Below, in pieces: positions 13,598 to 26,067 of a stretch of DNA of 64,000 nt; the stretch's first letter is position 1; each line of letters starts with the position of its first letter. The notes below the pieces were generated by a model. It made no database searches and was not told the DNA's origin. It worked only from the letters and a program-made list of their open reading frames with translations. The stretch covers positions 1,003,528-1,067,527 of the forward strand of contig BCIN01000008.1 in the NCBI GenBank assembly GCA_039545335.1, read 5' to 3'. A program made the position numbers and the translations under genes. The DNA is from Kondoa subrosea. Taxonomy: Eukaryota.

Positions 13598-15759
13598 ATG
13601 GCAGACAAAGCCAGTATACTACAGCAGAGCTTTCAGTCTGAGGCTGTATCTCTGAAAGTGACGTTCGCTAGAAGAAGGCTACAACAAGAAAAGCTCGCAG
13701 CTTTGCCAACATTGGGTTCCGTGCAGCAATATCAGCATCATTGTATCAACGGAATACCGATCAGCTCGCCATACTTCACACCGCTTCGTGATCTTATTGA
13801 ACGAATTCCAGAAATCTCTGCAGCCCGTATGTGTCAATTGGCAGTACTCTGCGGTGTCCCAATCTTGAAAAACGGCAAACGCATACAGAATCAGATTGAG
13901 ATACGATCAGAGCTGCAGCGCTGTCAATCGATGGTCTATCTTAATCCTCCTATCCTCTTGGCCGACGCTGCACCTACCAGATATGACTACACTTGTCGAT
14001 ACCTTATGCAAGAACTAGCCCATTTGTTTGATGATCTGAATTTGCGCAAGAAGGTGAAACGGTCTGGAGCCCACGATCCCTATTGGCATTGTCTTCGCAA
14101 CGAATTAGCCAAGCAATTCAGACAAGATCCATTGCTCGATGGTACCATTGATCTTAGCCGATACAAATACCTACTGAATTGTGAGTTTCTTCCGTCTTCT
14201 GGCTTGTGCTATCTTCAGAAGCTGTCTCAGTGGTCGGAAAGGCGTCTAAAGATCACATCAAAAAGCTTCGCAAGCTTCTAGATTCTGTACATCAGCAGAA
14301 TGTTTCGATTGAGCCCTCGTCACTTATCAGCACTTTGCAGCAGGACCCGAAACCTCAGCATTCCTCAACCGCTCAAGCTGGTTCTCTTGATAAAGCTGAT
14401 GAGGGATTCGACGAAGAAGGTCAAGATGAACCCGCTTCGACACAACATGAGGCACAAACCATTGAACAAGTCTTTGGCTCTACCACTTCTCCTTCTATTC
14501 CTGAGGTCGATGACTCTGACGAAGAGGAATCTGGCGATGAGAGCTTCTCGAACTGCGAAGCCAGCGAAGAAGATGGACCGGTCGCTTCTATTGGAGAAAC
14601 AGATCTCCTCGTGCAAGATCCTTCATATACAGCTGCAGCTTCTACGTCGCAAAAAGGTGTTTCTGCCGACGTGTCTGAGTCTGAAAGTACCTCTTCGAGC
14701 GAACAATTGATCAAAGAGGAAGATGAAGTCGTTCTGATTGATGAAAAAAGACAGCCTTCTGCTGCAAGTAACGCAAGGCAACTCAGTGCTGCATCCGGAT
14801 CTGAAGGTTCCTCTGCAAGCGAGGAGTCGAGCGAGGAGGAAGATCAAGTCGTCACAATTGTTGAAGAAAGACAGCGAGCGCCATCTGATACAAACAATTC
14901 AAGGCAGTTTGGTGCTTCAAGCTCTACTCAACCTCAATCTTCGTCCGTGAAATCTGTAACACTACAAGCATATGCACATTCTCGCCAGGATACGCGAGTA
15001 GGCCCAGCTCTGACAATTCATCCAAGTCAGCAAAGTCGCAGAAACGCTGTGCCGACGCATTCTCATGTCCCTCAACCCACTCTCTTCCGTCTTGGGAAAG
15101 GCAGCAAGTTCGCAACAAGGGATGCCTTGATCTACGCTCTTTCTCTAGCAGTTCCATCGGATGAAGGTTGGTCATGGGACTTGGATAAGACTTCATCTTT
15201 GGTATTACATGCATGGTGCAACCAGTCGGGGAAGAGAAGGTTGAGGTGTAAAGCTGGTGCGAAAGCTACATGTGACGAGAACGGTACTTGGTATGTGCTG
15301 CTGTCGTTTGACTGGCCGCACCTAATGCGTATAAACAGGACAATCGTCAATTTCGAGCCAGGTCATCAACCGCATAAAGATGCTCCTCATCCATCTACCA
15401 TTCTTGAGATTTCTCTTCCTGATCATTACCGCTTACCGACTCAACCAGTTCAAGCTCCAAATCTCGCTTCTTCCGCTGTCGGTACTTCAAATAGATCAGA
15501 GGCGGACGAGGATCTGCTTGCTATTCTCAAAAGCTGCATGAAGGACGATCTAGCGAAGAAAGTTGCTCTCATCCTAAACAAGGAATCGATTACAGTCAAT
15601 GATCTCGATGAAGATTTCGCAGCTTATCTTGCAAGTGGAGAGATGAAGATGGAGGGTCTATCGGGATTTGAAGAGTTTACCGCGAAGAAGAAATTGGGAG
15701 CCTGGTTGGAAGAAAAGATTGCGAGAAAAAGAGTAAAGCTTGAAGAAGAGTTGCTTTGA
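13598..15759 (+). CDS. Family member A: HxxRNE module, acidic linker, Mutator/FAR1/WRKY-GCM1-like zinc finger, SAM-like C-terminal domain
   Basis: ORFs 13559-14281 and 14206-15759 joined by intron ~14181-14230; second intron ~15291-15338. Spliced WCNQSGKRRLRCKAGAKATCDENGTW|TIVNFEPGHQPH. Clear similarity to genes at 18930 and 29105. Confidence 0.75.
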
Positions 15760-16316
15760 GGATAGAAGATCGAAAATTTATGCAGTGCTATTGTAAGTCA
15801 ACCTACCTCGTATCGTGTAAGCTGATAATTGTCATAGCAAATCATCTTTATTATACATCAAAATAGCGCTGGACGCCTATCATGTCAATACCTTTATAAG
15901 CTGGAAGCAGACCAAGTCTTGCTTCGTTCAGGCTGAGAATCGTGTATATACCAGATCATGGGCAGCTAATATTATGCTACTGTTCTACTGATGCAATCAC
16001 TACACAAGCTCGATCAACCTTGAGCGAAATCACATTGGCTGCCTTGACCTCAACCGACCGAATACATTGATCACTTGCATAACGATAGTGCTGGTTGGTG
16101 CTGGAGACTTGAGATACCACAGGCCGTGCTGTTATACCCCTTGACAAGATACCTCGAGCGCGTTTACTTACAGTAATTACGTCCGAGGTTGGAAAGCTCT
16201 TGTCTGCCTTCAACTGGCCTTCTATACCTCTTCTCTTCTCTCGTTCATCTCAGCGCGATTGCGTAGACTGCTTTATCTTCTTCCTTGCCCTTCTGCTCTA
16301 CTCTACACCAACAAGT

Positions 16317-17098
16317 ATGGCCAAGAAGCGTAAGCCGAAGCAGCAGCATTGCGACGAGTACAGAGGAGGGAAATTTGCTCAACTCACAGTACGCAAGAGC
16401 AAGCGGCGCCACGCGGATTGCGCAATTAATCTGATGATTTTGGGAAAGATTCAGAGAATGAAGTTGATGATGATTTCGAGGACCCCAAGAATTCGAATGG
16501 AGCGCGCTCAGGTAGTACTTCTTCCTCTTCAAAGTCGAGTTCCGACGATGCAGAGGACAGCGAATCGGATAGCTCCAGCTCAGATGATACGGAAGGTAGT
16601 ACTCATATTTCAGCCACCCAAGTCAATATCAAGCAAGCAGAGGGTGCTGTTGTATCATTGCCGACCTTTGTACTGCACCGCAACAGCATAATTGGCGACA
16701 ATACTGGTGCTTTGTCACCTAGACGTTCTGGAACACGTCTTGCTCGCTATCGGAAATCAGCTGCTTTAGCTCGAACTTTACCCATTACCCAATCAAAAGA
16801 GATTGCTGAAGCAGAGATGTTTGCCGAATTGAGGGTCCCTTTGAAGGGTTACGAAAGTACAGCGGTGAAGTTGGCTATCCTCTTCACAGCACAGAACATC
16901 AAGATCAATGATTTCTTTGATCGAGCTTGGTTTCCTGCTTATTTGGCGAGCGCTAGTTGTGATTTACCTACTTTGAATGCCCCAGAGAGATTTATGGTTA
17001 AAAGAAAGTTGGGTAACTGGTTAGAGGTACAAGAAAGAAGTCGTAAGAGAGCAAGCTGTGAAAGCGTTGAGGAGGACGACGAAGAAGAAGAAGAATGA
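16317..17098 (+). CDS. Family member B: short protein with acidic/Ser-rich region and SAM-like C-terminal domain only
   Basis: C-terminal ...KLAILFTAQNIKIND...PAYLAS...LNAPERFMVKRKLGNWLE aligns by eye with the C-termini of members A, C and D. The 5' exon structure (frame change near 16430) is uncertain. Confidence 0.55.
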
Positions 17099-17366
17099 AC
17101 AAGGCGGGTTCTCGATGGTATGTTGGCAATTCTTACCTAGAGACACAATCTCAAGTACTGATAATGCTTCTGTTCCGTACAGCTGCGCCAGCGGAAATAC
17201 TAACAAGTGAGCATTGTATGTTGCAGAGCTATGCGTGCTGTACAGGATATTTTAACTCTCGTCAAGTTCCGCCTTTGAGTGCATTACATCGGGAATCATG
17301 TGCGAGAAACGACCGCTCTTGTCTATCTATTCATTTCTACAAGCATGCATCTGTCTATTTACCACT

Positions 17367-18593
17367 CTACTCAGCCAGGACTTTCGCAGCCATCTCTTTG
17401 AGTTGTACTTCTGCTTTCTCAAATCTTGCCAGAGCATCTTTTTGCAATGATAGAACAGGTTCTTCAGCTAAGACTTTCTTCAACGTCTCTTCGCTAGCAT
17501 CTACTACTTCAGATTGAGGCATCTTGAGCGCCCTATCCCTCAGATCTTCATAATGCTTATCGAAAGGAGTGGAAGCGAGAACTTCCAGGGCAGAAGGGGA
17601 TAGTGTAATGTGAGGGAGACCGCAGAGTGACATGATCTCGTCGGCAGTGACAAGACTGCAGCAAATCTTCAGTTTTGTAGACTGTTCAACAGAACAGGCT
17701 TACCTGGCAGCGAGAAGTTCGGTAGATGCACCCATTGATCTATAAGCTACATGAATCGCTCGAGAGACTTGAACACCTCGCATTTCGTTGAGCGGATCTT
17801 TGTAGATGACATGTTGGGAAGGTTCAAGGTGGACCACTGCGAAACGATTCAGCATTAAGTACACCAGAGAGCTGTTTTAAAATACCTAAAGGATTTACAT
17901 AAGGAGCACAATACCGACAACCAGCTTTTGCAGCCGCTAAACCTTGTTCAAGCGAGAAACAGGTAGTAGCCAAAGTTCTCAAGCTATGCTCTTTCTCCAA
18001 AACAGCACATGCTTGCAATCCTTCCAGAGTAGAAGGGATCTTAATGCATACTCTTGATCGAGGGAGACCATGGTCTTCATACAAAGATGCTAGTCGAAGT
18101 GCTTGAGCTATTGTTGCATCCCTATCTGAAGCTTGACTTGGGTTGGTTTGAGCGTGTAAGAAGCCAGAGGGCTCAAGATGAGGCATGACCAGCATTCCAA
18201 GATGAACGGTCTGCATAGAATCAATGGAGCAGATATTTATGTAGCTTTGAGCTTACAGCGCAATCCACAGCGAATTGAGGCATGTCTGAATCAGAAATCT
18301 TGAACTTGGATTGCAATGCTTGGCCTTTCTTGACTGCTTCTCGTAGAATATGCGAATGAGCTGGTTTGCTCAGCTCTCCAAGCACAATGAGCTGATTGGA
18401 AGTCATATCGCAGAAAGCTGTAATTTGATGAGCTCAAGAATAAGGAGATGCGCATAGCTTACGCTTATGCTTAAGAGCAACTACATAGATTTCAGAAGAG
18501 ATAGAACGTGATCTGAAAGAGCGTACCAACAGCGTCATTGCAGTCAACGTCTAAGGTGCAGTGTAAGCGAAACTCGTCAAGACAACTTCGCAT
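17367..18593 (-). CDS. Transaldolase-family protein (divergent fungal type)
   Basis: MRSCLDEFRLHCTLDVDCNDA..., DMTSNQ, RVCIKIPSTLEGLQAC (Schiff-base Lys), TLATTCFSLEQGLAAAKAGCRYCAPYVN, HITLSP, DALARFEKAE. Confidence 0.85.
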
Positions 18594-18929
18594 TTCGGAA
18601 TGGAATGAAAGTGAGAAGAGAAGAGAGGGAGAAAAGTGAATGCGAAGCAAGGAGAGTATCACAAGGAACAAGACAGCAAGCTAGCAGACTTCTCCACCAA
18701 ACGGATCTCGCGGATTCAGCTTAAAAGTCGCTTCTTCTCCGAGAACAATGATGATACCCTAAACAATAGTCGAGTGCTCGTCCAAGAATGAAATAGACAT
18801 CTCCGGTCATGCATGCGCGTTTGGACCTCTTTGCAGTTTCGCTCCGTAAAAAAGAATGCCTCTGTTCTTTCGTGCCTCTTGTATACCCTGTCTGCTTGAG
18901 GGTTCCCTTGCTCTGTCGTCTGCTTTGTT

Positions 18930-21900
18930 ATGAACGAGTCTGAGAAGAAGAAGGGCAAGAAGAGGGCTCTCGAAAATGCTTGGCCTGTTGTGTCGAATAA
19001 GAAACCCAAAGTTGCTCATCTGAGCGCAGTACAGACTCTTCTCAAGCGCAAAGAATTTAGTGATATCAACCAAATCAGTAGTCGAGCGCCGTATCAATTG
19101 CAAGAGCTTGCAGGCAAATGGCTAGACAAGCAAGATTTCGTGCATCTAGATAGAACAGACTTGGTAAAAAGACTGACTCTGGAGCAAGCAAGAATGGTCG
19201 TCCGTCGGCCTTTCAAGCTGGAAGGAGACCAACTTTGGTATTCTTCAGCAACGCAAGAAATGCTCAAAAAGTGGGAAAGTACTCTTATGATCGCGGTACC
19301 TCAAGATCTATCTGTGACCTGCGCATGTCACTATTTGCGTAATGAAATTGCCAAGCGGATCGGGGAGGATCCCATGGATCATACAAATAAAATGAAAACC
19401 CTTGTTCTGCAAAATTACTTAAGGAGTAAGTCCGCTGTTGCATCTATTGTCCTTTTTTACAGACGCATGCATTCACAGACGAGGGCTTCAGAGTACGCTG
19501 CCGCATGAACCGTGATAGTATAGGCTCTAATGTATCCTTAGATCTGCGTGCGATCCGTGGCCGTTGAAGTAACTAGAGAAGCGCTGGTCAAAGTGTTTGA
19601 AACATGTGGTACTATGTAAGCCAACCATAATCTGTCATTCAATGATATTGACCGGAATGGCAGACTACATGTTTATCTGAACAGTAGCGAATATGCAGGG
19701 GTGAACATATCTGGGTCAGCCGTTCGGGGTACTTGCTTGCATCACTGACAATTCGTAGTGTGGAAACGCCGTTGCGAAACGTAAACATTGCATTCTCTGA
19801 GCCAGATTCAGTGCAAAAAGCTATCAAAATAGCAGATGGATCTATGCTTGGTGGCTTCACAATCAGAGTTCGGCCGGTAGTGGCTGCTCCGTGCGAGTAC
19901 TTCAACCCGCAAGACCCCGATCAGGCCTTGCTAGAATTGTCCGAAGACCAATGGGCGGCGGGACCCTTTGCTATGTGTGGACGACCTGTGGAAGATTGCT
20001 TCTTTGATGAATTACGGAGTACACAAGATCTAGAAGGCATGCACATTGATGGACAGAGATCACTAGCCATCAAATATGGTTTGCTTCGAGCTAATGCAGA
20101 TGTCGGATCCGCCGAAAACTTCGAGATTGTTTTACCACGACTAGTTCCCATGCGATCTAAAGTGTCTCTATCTCTGCCGATCAAGATTGGTGCACCTTTC
20201 ACGTATAAACGGACATTTGCGATCGTCGGCCTAGAAGGCTACGCTCAGCGCTTACAGCTTCAGATTCCTCCCTACTTGAATTCGCACGCCAGAATACACT
20301 TTATTCGCAATGAAGCAGCCAAGCTCCTCAAGCGAGACGTCTTCTTCGAGGGACAATTAGATGCTGATTTTTACAAGGACTTTTCGCGCAGTAGGTCCCT
20401 TCCCAGACCTTGTTAACCCGACTCAGCTCTAATACGCCCAGTCGGGTTATCTGGAATCTTGGCTAGGACAATCAAGGAGTCTGCCGAAAAGCTTTCTAGA
20501 CGACCTTTACGACAGCTTGAAAACGCAATCTCTTTGCCGGCAGCAACTGAGGTTGACCCAACATCCAATTTTGCAAACTCCTCCGATACGCTTCAGAATG
20601 AAAGTGCTGTCGGTCATTGTGGTCCTTTCACAATTCAAGGCCTCTGCATCTCCGACGATAAGTTCATCCAACTCAGAAGGGCTGATTTATCCGACGACAG
20701 CACAATCCTTTCGCTCGCTAGATCTCATAGCGTATGGCTGAGTGAAAAGGTACCTGATTCGGCGCAGCGAAAAGAGGTAGTGAAAACACTTGCTATCATG
20801 CGCAGCCAAGTCTCTGTACAGCTACCATTGCAAATTGGTGCTCCTTACCAATACTCTTCTCGTCAAGAAGTCGCCATGATCAAAGAATGCGCCAAACTGT
20901 TGGATATTTCAGCTCCTTCCTCTTTGACATCACATGCTCGTCTCCACTACCTACGTAACGAAATTGCGAAACAATTGAAGTGCGATATATATGTGGAAGG
21001 AAAGCTTGACTCGGCAATTTACGATTCACTCAAGCGAAGTAAGCAGATATGCACAGACTCTACCAGGCTAATTTATCTGCGCACAGATGGTTTACCTGGC
21101 TTTCTCGATCTGCAAAATTCCATGCATGCTCGCAAGGCTAAATGTGAGCTTGTATTTCCGCAAAGGAACTCGCTTGAACTGTTCTCTAGCCTCGAGAAGC
21201 AACGCTCTATTTCAGCTTGGTCCTACCTCAGACAAGCAGCCTATACGATTCGAGCGAATCAGTACACTAGAACCATCTCAGCGCGTATCTGCTGTCACAT
21301 CAAGCACATCTGACCTAGAAGAGCGCATCAAGGTTGAAGAGGAAGATAATCGTCCATACTTACAAGCGTCGACATCCAAGCATAGCAACGTCGTTAGTCA
21401 TGATGAACCAGAAGGAACAACCGAATCGGAGCCCGAGGCCGAGCCAGAAGCTAGTGCAGTCAATAACACAAGCAAGGCTCAGCCAATATTGAAGCTCTTG
21501 AAGGGCACACGCGCAACCCTTGTCATCGATGAAAGCTCAGAAGAAGAGGAAACCTCGAGCAGTAGCGAAGAGGAAGAGCCACCAGTCGCAAAACCTGCTC
21601 GCTCGACTTCATCAACACTCTCTACAAAAGCTCGAGCCACTCCACCTTCTCTTCCCTCTTTCCCGGGCCCAATGCCTTCACCGAATGATAATCGACCCGC
21701 GGTCAATCCCAATCCGATCTATCGGGGACCTGACCCTTACAAAGCACTCACCCGACCTAGGGAGCACCGTCCTCCTCCGCATATCAACACGCTCAGCAAG
21801 AAAAAAGCAGCAGAGTCAGCAACTACTTCTCCAGCGCAACAAGCACCAATAGCTAGTTCTTCCGCACAACGGTCTTCTCTCCAACGAAAGCCGATCGATA

Positions 21901-22626
21901 AAGACGTAGATTCTCTCCTAGATACTTCTCGGCAAAACAATTCTGCTCGAGTAGCTTCATCAAGAGATATTGCAACTAAAACAATCCGTCTAGCTAAAGG
22001 GCTTCTCTTCACGTCGAAAGAAGCTTGCTATCAAGTTTTGCTCCATTCGCAACCCGAAGATAAAGAGTGGAAATGGGACAAAAAGAGCAGTTCCGGTGAG
22101 CTTACAGTATGGTGTAGTCATGCTGGAAAGCGCAAGATGAAATGCAAATGCAAGGTCACAGCCAGACGAAACGACAATGGTCTATGGTAAGTATTTTCTT
22201 TACGAGATAGAGGCACCGATAACATTATAATTCAGGTTCATTGATGTCTTTCAACCTGTTCACGACCTGCATTCTGGACATATGGCTGTCACCAAGATCG
22301 ACGTGATTGCTCCCATTGCGTATTTATGCGAATCTCCTACGAGGTATTCTACAACTACAATGGTTCCGGTTGACGCGAATGTAGAGAAGCTTCTCGCTCA
22401 ATTCCTTGACCAGCCGCTCTTGGCTCGAGTTGCTCAGCATTTCACAAACGAAAACATCCCGGCAGTCAAGATCGATAAGCACTTACTAAACAAGCTTCGG
22501 AAGAATGTAATCGAGTGGGGAAATCTCACCAGCTTCGAGAAGGTCGAACTGATGGGCCAGTTCGAGGATTGGCTGGAAAAGGAAAAGGGACGGAAGAAGG
22601 TGAAGTTGGAAGAAGCGGGCTTGTGA
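18930..22626 (+). CDS. Family member C: three HxxRNE modules, an RRM, Mutator/WRKY-GCM1-like zinc finger, SAM-like C-terminal domain
   Basis: HYLRNEIAK (~19330), HFIRNEAAK (~20300), HYLRNEIAK (~20945). RRM-like ICVRSVAVEVTREALVKVFETCGTI...NIAFSEPDSVQKAIKIADGSMLGGFTIRV. Finger WCSHAGKRKMKC...W|FIDVFQPVHDLH. Joined through several plausible GT-AG introns. Confidence 0.7.
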
Positions 22627-22813
22627 ACAATGAGCCAATTTCTGATGCGGAAAGGCACAAGCAAGTACTTCAAGCCCCAGAATTACCCCAATGATAAAAT
22701 TCAGTAGGGCAAATCGGCAATGTATGGGTAAATGGAATGAGCTGGTACGCATAAGCATGAAAGAATGTCTAGGCAAATACAGTCTATGAAGTCTCTATGA
22801 GTATCTATATCAT

Positions 22814-24368
22814 CTATTGCATCCAAGGATAGTTCTTTCCCATCTCGGACAACTTCTTCTCTACAGTCTCACTTCGTACAAGACCTGCTTGAATATCCTT
22901 GACTGTGATTTTGCCTTGCATCACTTCCTCGACCTTCTCTTTGACCTAATCGAGAAGATCAATTCCTATGGTAGTAACGAAAAGAATGAGAACTTGCCTG
23001 AGTGAAATCTAGGAAAGGTAAAAACGGAATCTTCTCTTTGTGACAATGGTCAGCCAAATCATTACTTGAGTTTGGGTTGATTTTCTGTTGTAGTTCTGAG
23101 CCATTGTGAAAGTATTTATGTGAGAAGGTTTGCTTACAACGAAAAGAACATCCGCAGATGCAGCAGCAGACATCTACTTTCTCTTCAGACAAATAGCGAG
23201 ACACAGAATGGAGTGTAGAACTCACGTCCGAAACACCATCACCGCAAAAGAAAATAGTCGGTCTTTGATCAGCTGGCAAATCGGCATATGGCTTGAGTGC
23301 TTTTGATTTATCATGACCATAATGACTATACGAGGATGTAAGAAAGTATACAGAAGTCACAGGAGGAAAGCTTACGATTCGGGATGTCTGTATTTGATGC
23401 GGAAGTGACCATCTGGCAATACTTCTGCGTCGTTTGCGATGACTTGAATCTTGCTTGCTTCTTCCTCGCCTACTAGGTTGCTGAAGATTGATTTGATGCT
23501 GTATCAAAAAGCAACGTCAGCGCTTCAATACTCAGCGAATAATTGTAGCTTACATCGGGACCATTCCGCTGTTACATAGGACTTAGCGAAAGCATTAAAT
23601 TGAAGAGGAGGCGATATACCTCGAGACAATGACCACGGGTAAGTTCTGCTGTTTCGACCACTCCAGGAAAGGTTTGAAGCCAGAGTCGAGCGTGATAGCT
23701 AGATTCGAGTAAATTACAGCAGATCTCATCAATAAGGAGCAAAGCTGACCTTTGGTGACCTTTTCTTTGCATTCCTAGCTTCGTTCGTCAATATAGACCT
23801 CAAGATAGCATCAACGCAAACTCACCTCGAACTTATAATTCTCGTTCACGCTTTCCAACATCTCGCGGAAAGCATCCCTATAGACGCTGATCGGCCTATG
23901 GTAGGATTCTGCCAAACGGGAAGCTCACCTAAAGCCAATTGCTCCAGACAGGATATCGACATTGCCTTGTCTACGCTTCACTTCCCCGAAGCCTAGGTTA
24001 TCGGTCATCCAATCTAGCATACCAGATACGTTGAGACTGATCAAAGCAATCAGTTCTGAGCTTTCAGTTCCATAAGGCCGTGCTCACTTTCTCAAAAATC
24101 GGTCATTGGACTGCACCGACCATTACTGATATCCAGAGCTCTCAGCAATACCCTAGTGAACCCAAGAAGGAGCATACCTATCTTTGTTGGTGATCTGAAT
24201 CGCTCAATTCAGCTTCAAGGCATCTTCATCTGCTAGGCTTGAACGGACCGTTCCATCAAAGTCGCTCATCAGAAGCCACCTGAAAAGTGCTGACGTAATC
24301 AGCATCATCTGAGCGACTTTGATGGGACTCAACTTGTAGCCAGCATAAGGAAGTTGATCTTGTGTCAT
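22814..24368 (-). CDS. HAD-superfamily phosphatase (MtnX/Pyp1/PHOSPHO-like)
   Basis: Spliced KWLLMSDFDGT|ITNKDS|N|DWMTDNLGFG (DxDGT motif I), GMVP, HYGHDKS, IFFCGDGVSD|...ADVLF. Many very small exons. Confidence 0.85.
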
Positions 24369-24397
24369 TTTGGTCGTTTTTGGTGGAAAGACGGGAA

Positions 24398-25773
24398 ATG
24401 AGTCGCGGGAATGGAGCCTTCGGTGGTCATGATGCGGGATTAGTAGGGGAGAAAGGAGCTACGAAGGTCCTGCGGCATCTACAGGAGAATCCGGATATAT
24501 CGCGTTTGATATTGTCTCACAATGAACTCCGAGACAAAGGCATTCAGAGTAAGGCTGCACGTCCAGAGCTCTGTATTTAGCTTACATATCAATAGCTTTG
24601 AGCCAAGGGATCGTCCAGCTCCGCGTGAAAGGAATCCATCCGGGAATATCAGAACTCAATCTGGCGAATAACGAGATTTCGGACGAAGGCCTTCTCTCGA
24701 TCATCACCAATCTTCTTCTGCCTACTCCTCCGCTCAAACCAACTCTTCACTCGCTTTATCTATCAGCAAATCGAATAACATTACGAGACCCGAAAGTAGC
24801 AGCACTTTTGGCAACAGCTCTATCTCATCCTCATGCATCTCTTCATTTCCTGTCTCTATCTTCTCAGTCCATATATCTAGATCAATTCCTCAACCTTTGC
24901 TCTCCAACATCCCTGCGCTGTCTCTTGCTGAACGTATGCACAATCAGGAATGGTAAAACTTTGCTTAGCTTTCTTCAAGATCCGTCACGAGGAGGGAAAT
25001 TAGAAGTCCTGGAACTGAATGGCAACGATTTGGGATCTTATTATTGCCGCAAAATCTCGGAAGTGGTCATCAGCGGATCTAATACTTCTTTACTTCGCCT
25101 GGAATTGTCGGCAAACGAAAGATCGGATGATCCTGCTTCTCCTGCTTCATCTCGCTCTAATGTGGGCTCTGAGTCTGATGAACCTGGAACTGAAGAGGGA
25201 GACGATATGCCGCGATTGGAAGTGTTCTCTTCTTCTGATTCAGATTCAGACCAAAGAACTTCAAGACTACTTCGTCAAGCACTACTATTGAATCGAGAAA
25301 GGAGGAAATATACAAGACAAGCTGCTTTCACTCTTCTTTCTTTATCGCGGATCATCCTCTTAGGTAGCGAGAAACCGAAACCTCAAGTCTCATTGGAAGA
25401 AGTGTACGAACATCTTGAACGGACTTCATTACAAATACAAGAACAAAAAGAACTCACTTCCCTCTCTCATCTTACTTTCTTCCCTTTCAAACGATTACCG
25501 AATGAACTGCAGTACTCTATCTTACGGTTAGTCGTTCAGTTAGATCCTTCTCAAACAGACCAGCTATGGCCAACAAAGAATATAGTGGCTAAGCGAACCT
25601 GTATATCTCCTTTGACTGAAAATCAATTCCTTAAAGTCGTTCACTATGCCGAAGATAGAGCTTCGATCAGAAGGGAATGGGAGCAGAATAGAAGATCGAG
25701 AGGAGATGCGCGAGAGGCGGGAAAGAGAGACAGATGTTTGGAAAAGATGAATTGTGCGAGATGGGAACGATGA
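24398..25773 (+). CDS. RNI-like leucine-rich repeat protein with C-terminal F-box-like motif
   Basis: LRRs LILSHNELRDKG, LNLANNEISDEG, LYLSANRI, LELNGNDLG, LELSANE; late FPFKRLPNELQYSILRLV; intron ~24549-24594. Confidence 0.75.
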
Positions 25774-26067
25774 CAGATTACCTTGTGACAACAATTTCGA
25801 CCGTAATAAAAGGCACCTCGAGAGTATTCTAGTTATACGGTATTACTAAATCTCCATTTGCTTCGCTCTAGTCGGGTATCATGGCAATTGCATTGTTTCA
25901 CTTTAGCTTTCATTTCCCATAGTTCTGGAGTCATTGAGTTAAAGATGAGGGATACCATCGTTTTGATCGATAGCTCGACAAGTAGTCTAACTGAGTAAGC
26001 CAACTTCAATTTTCATCACAGGTGAAAACTCACACTAATCATCTGAATTCTCGTGAAAGACATGACT

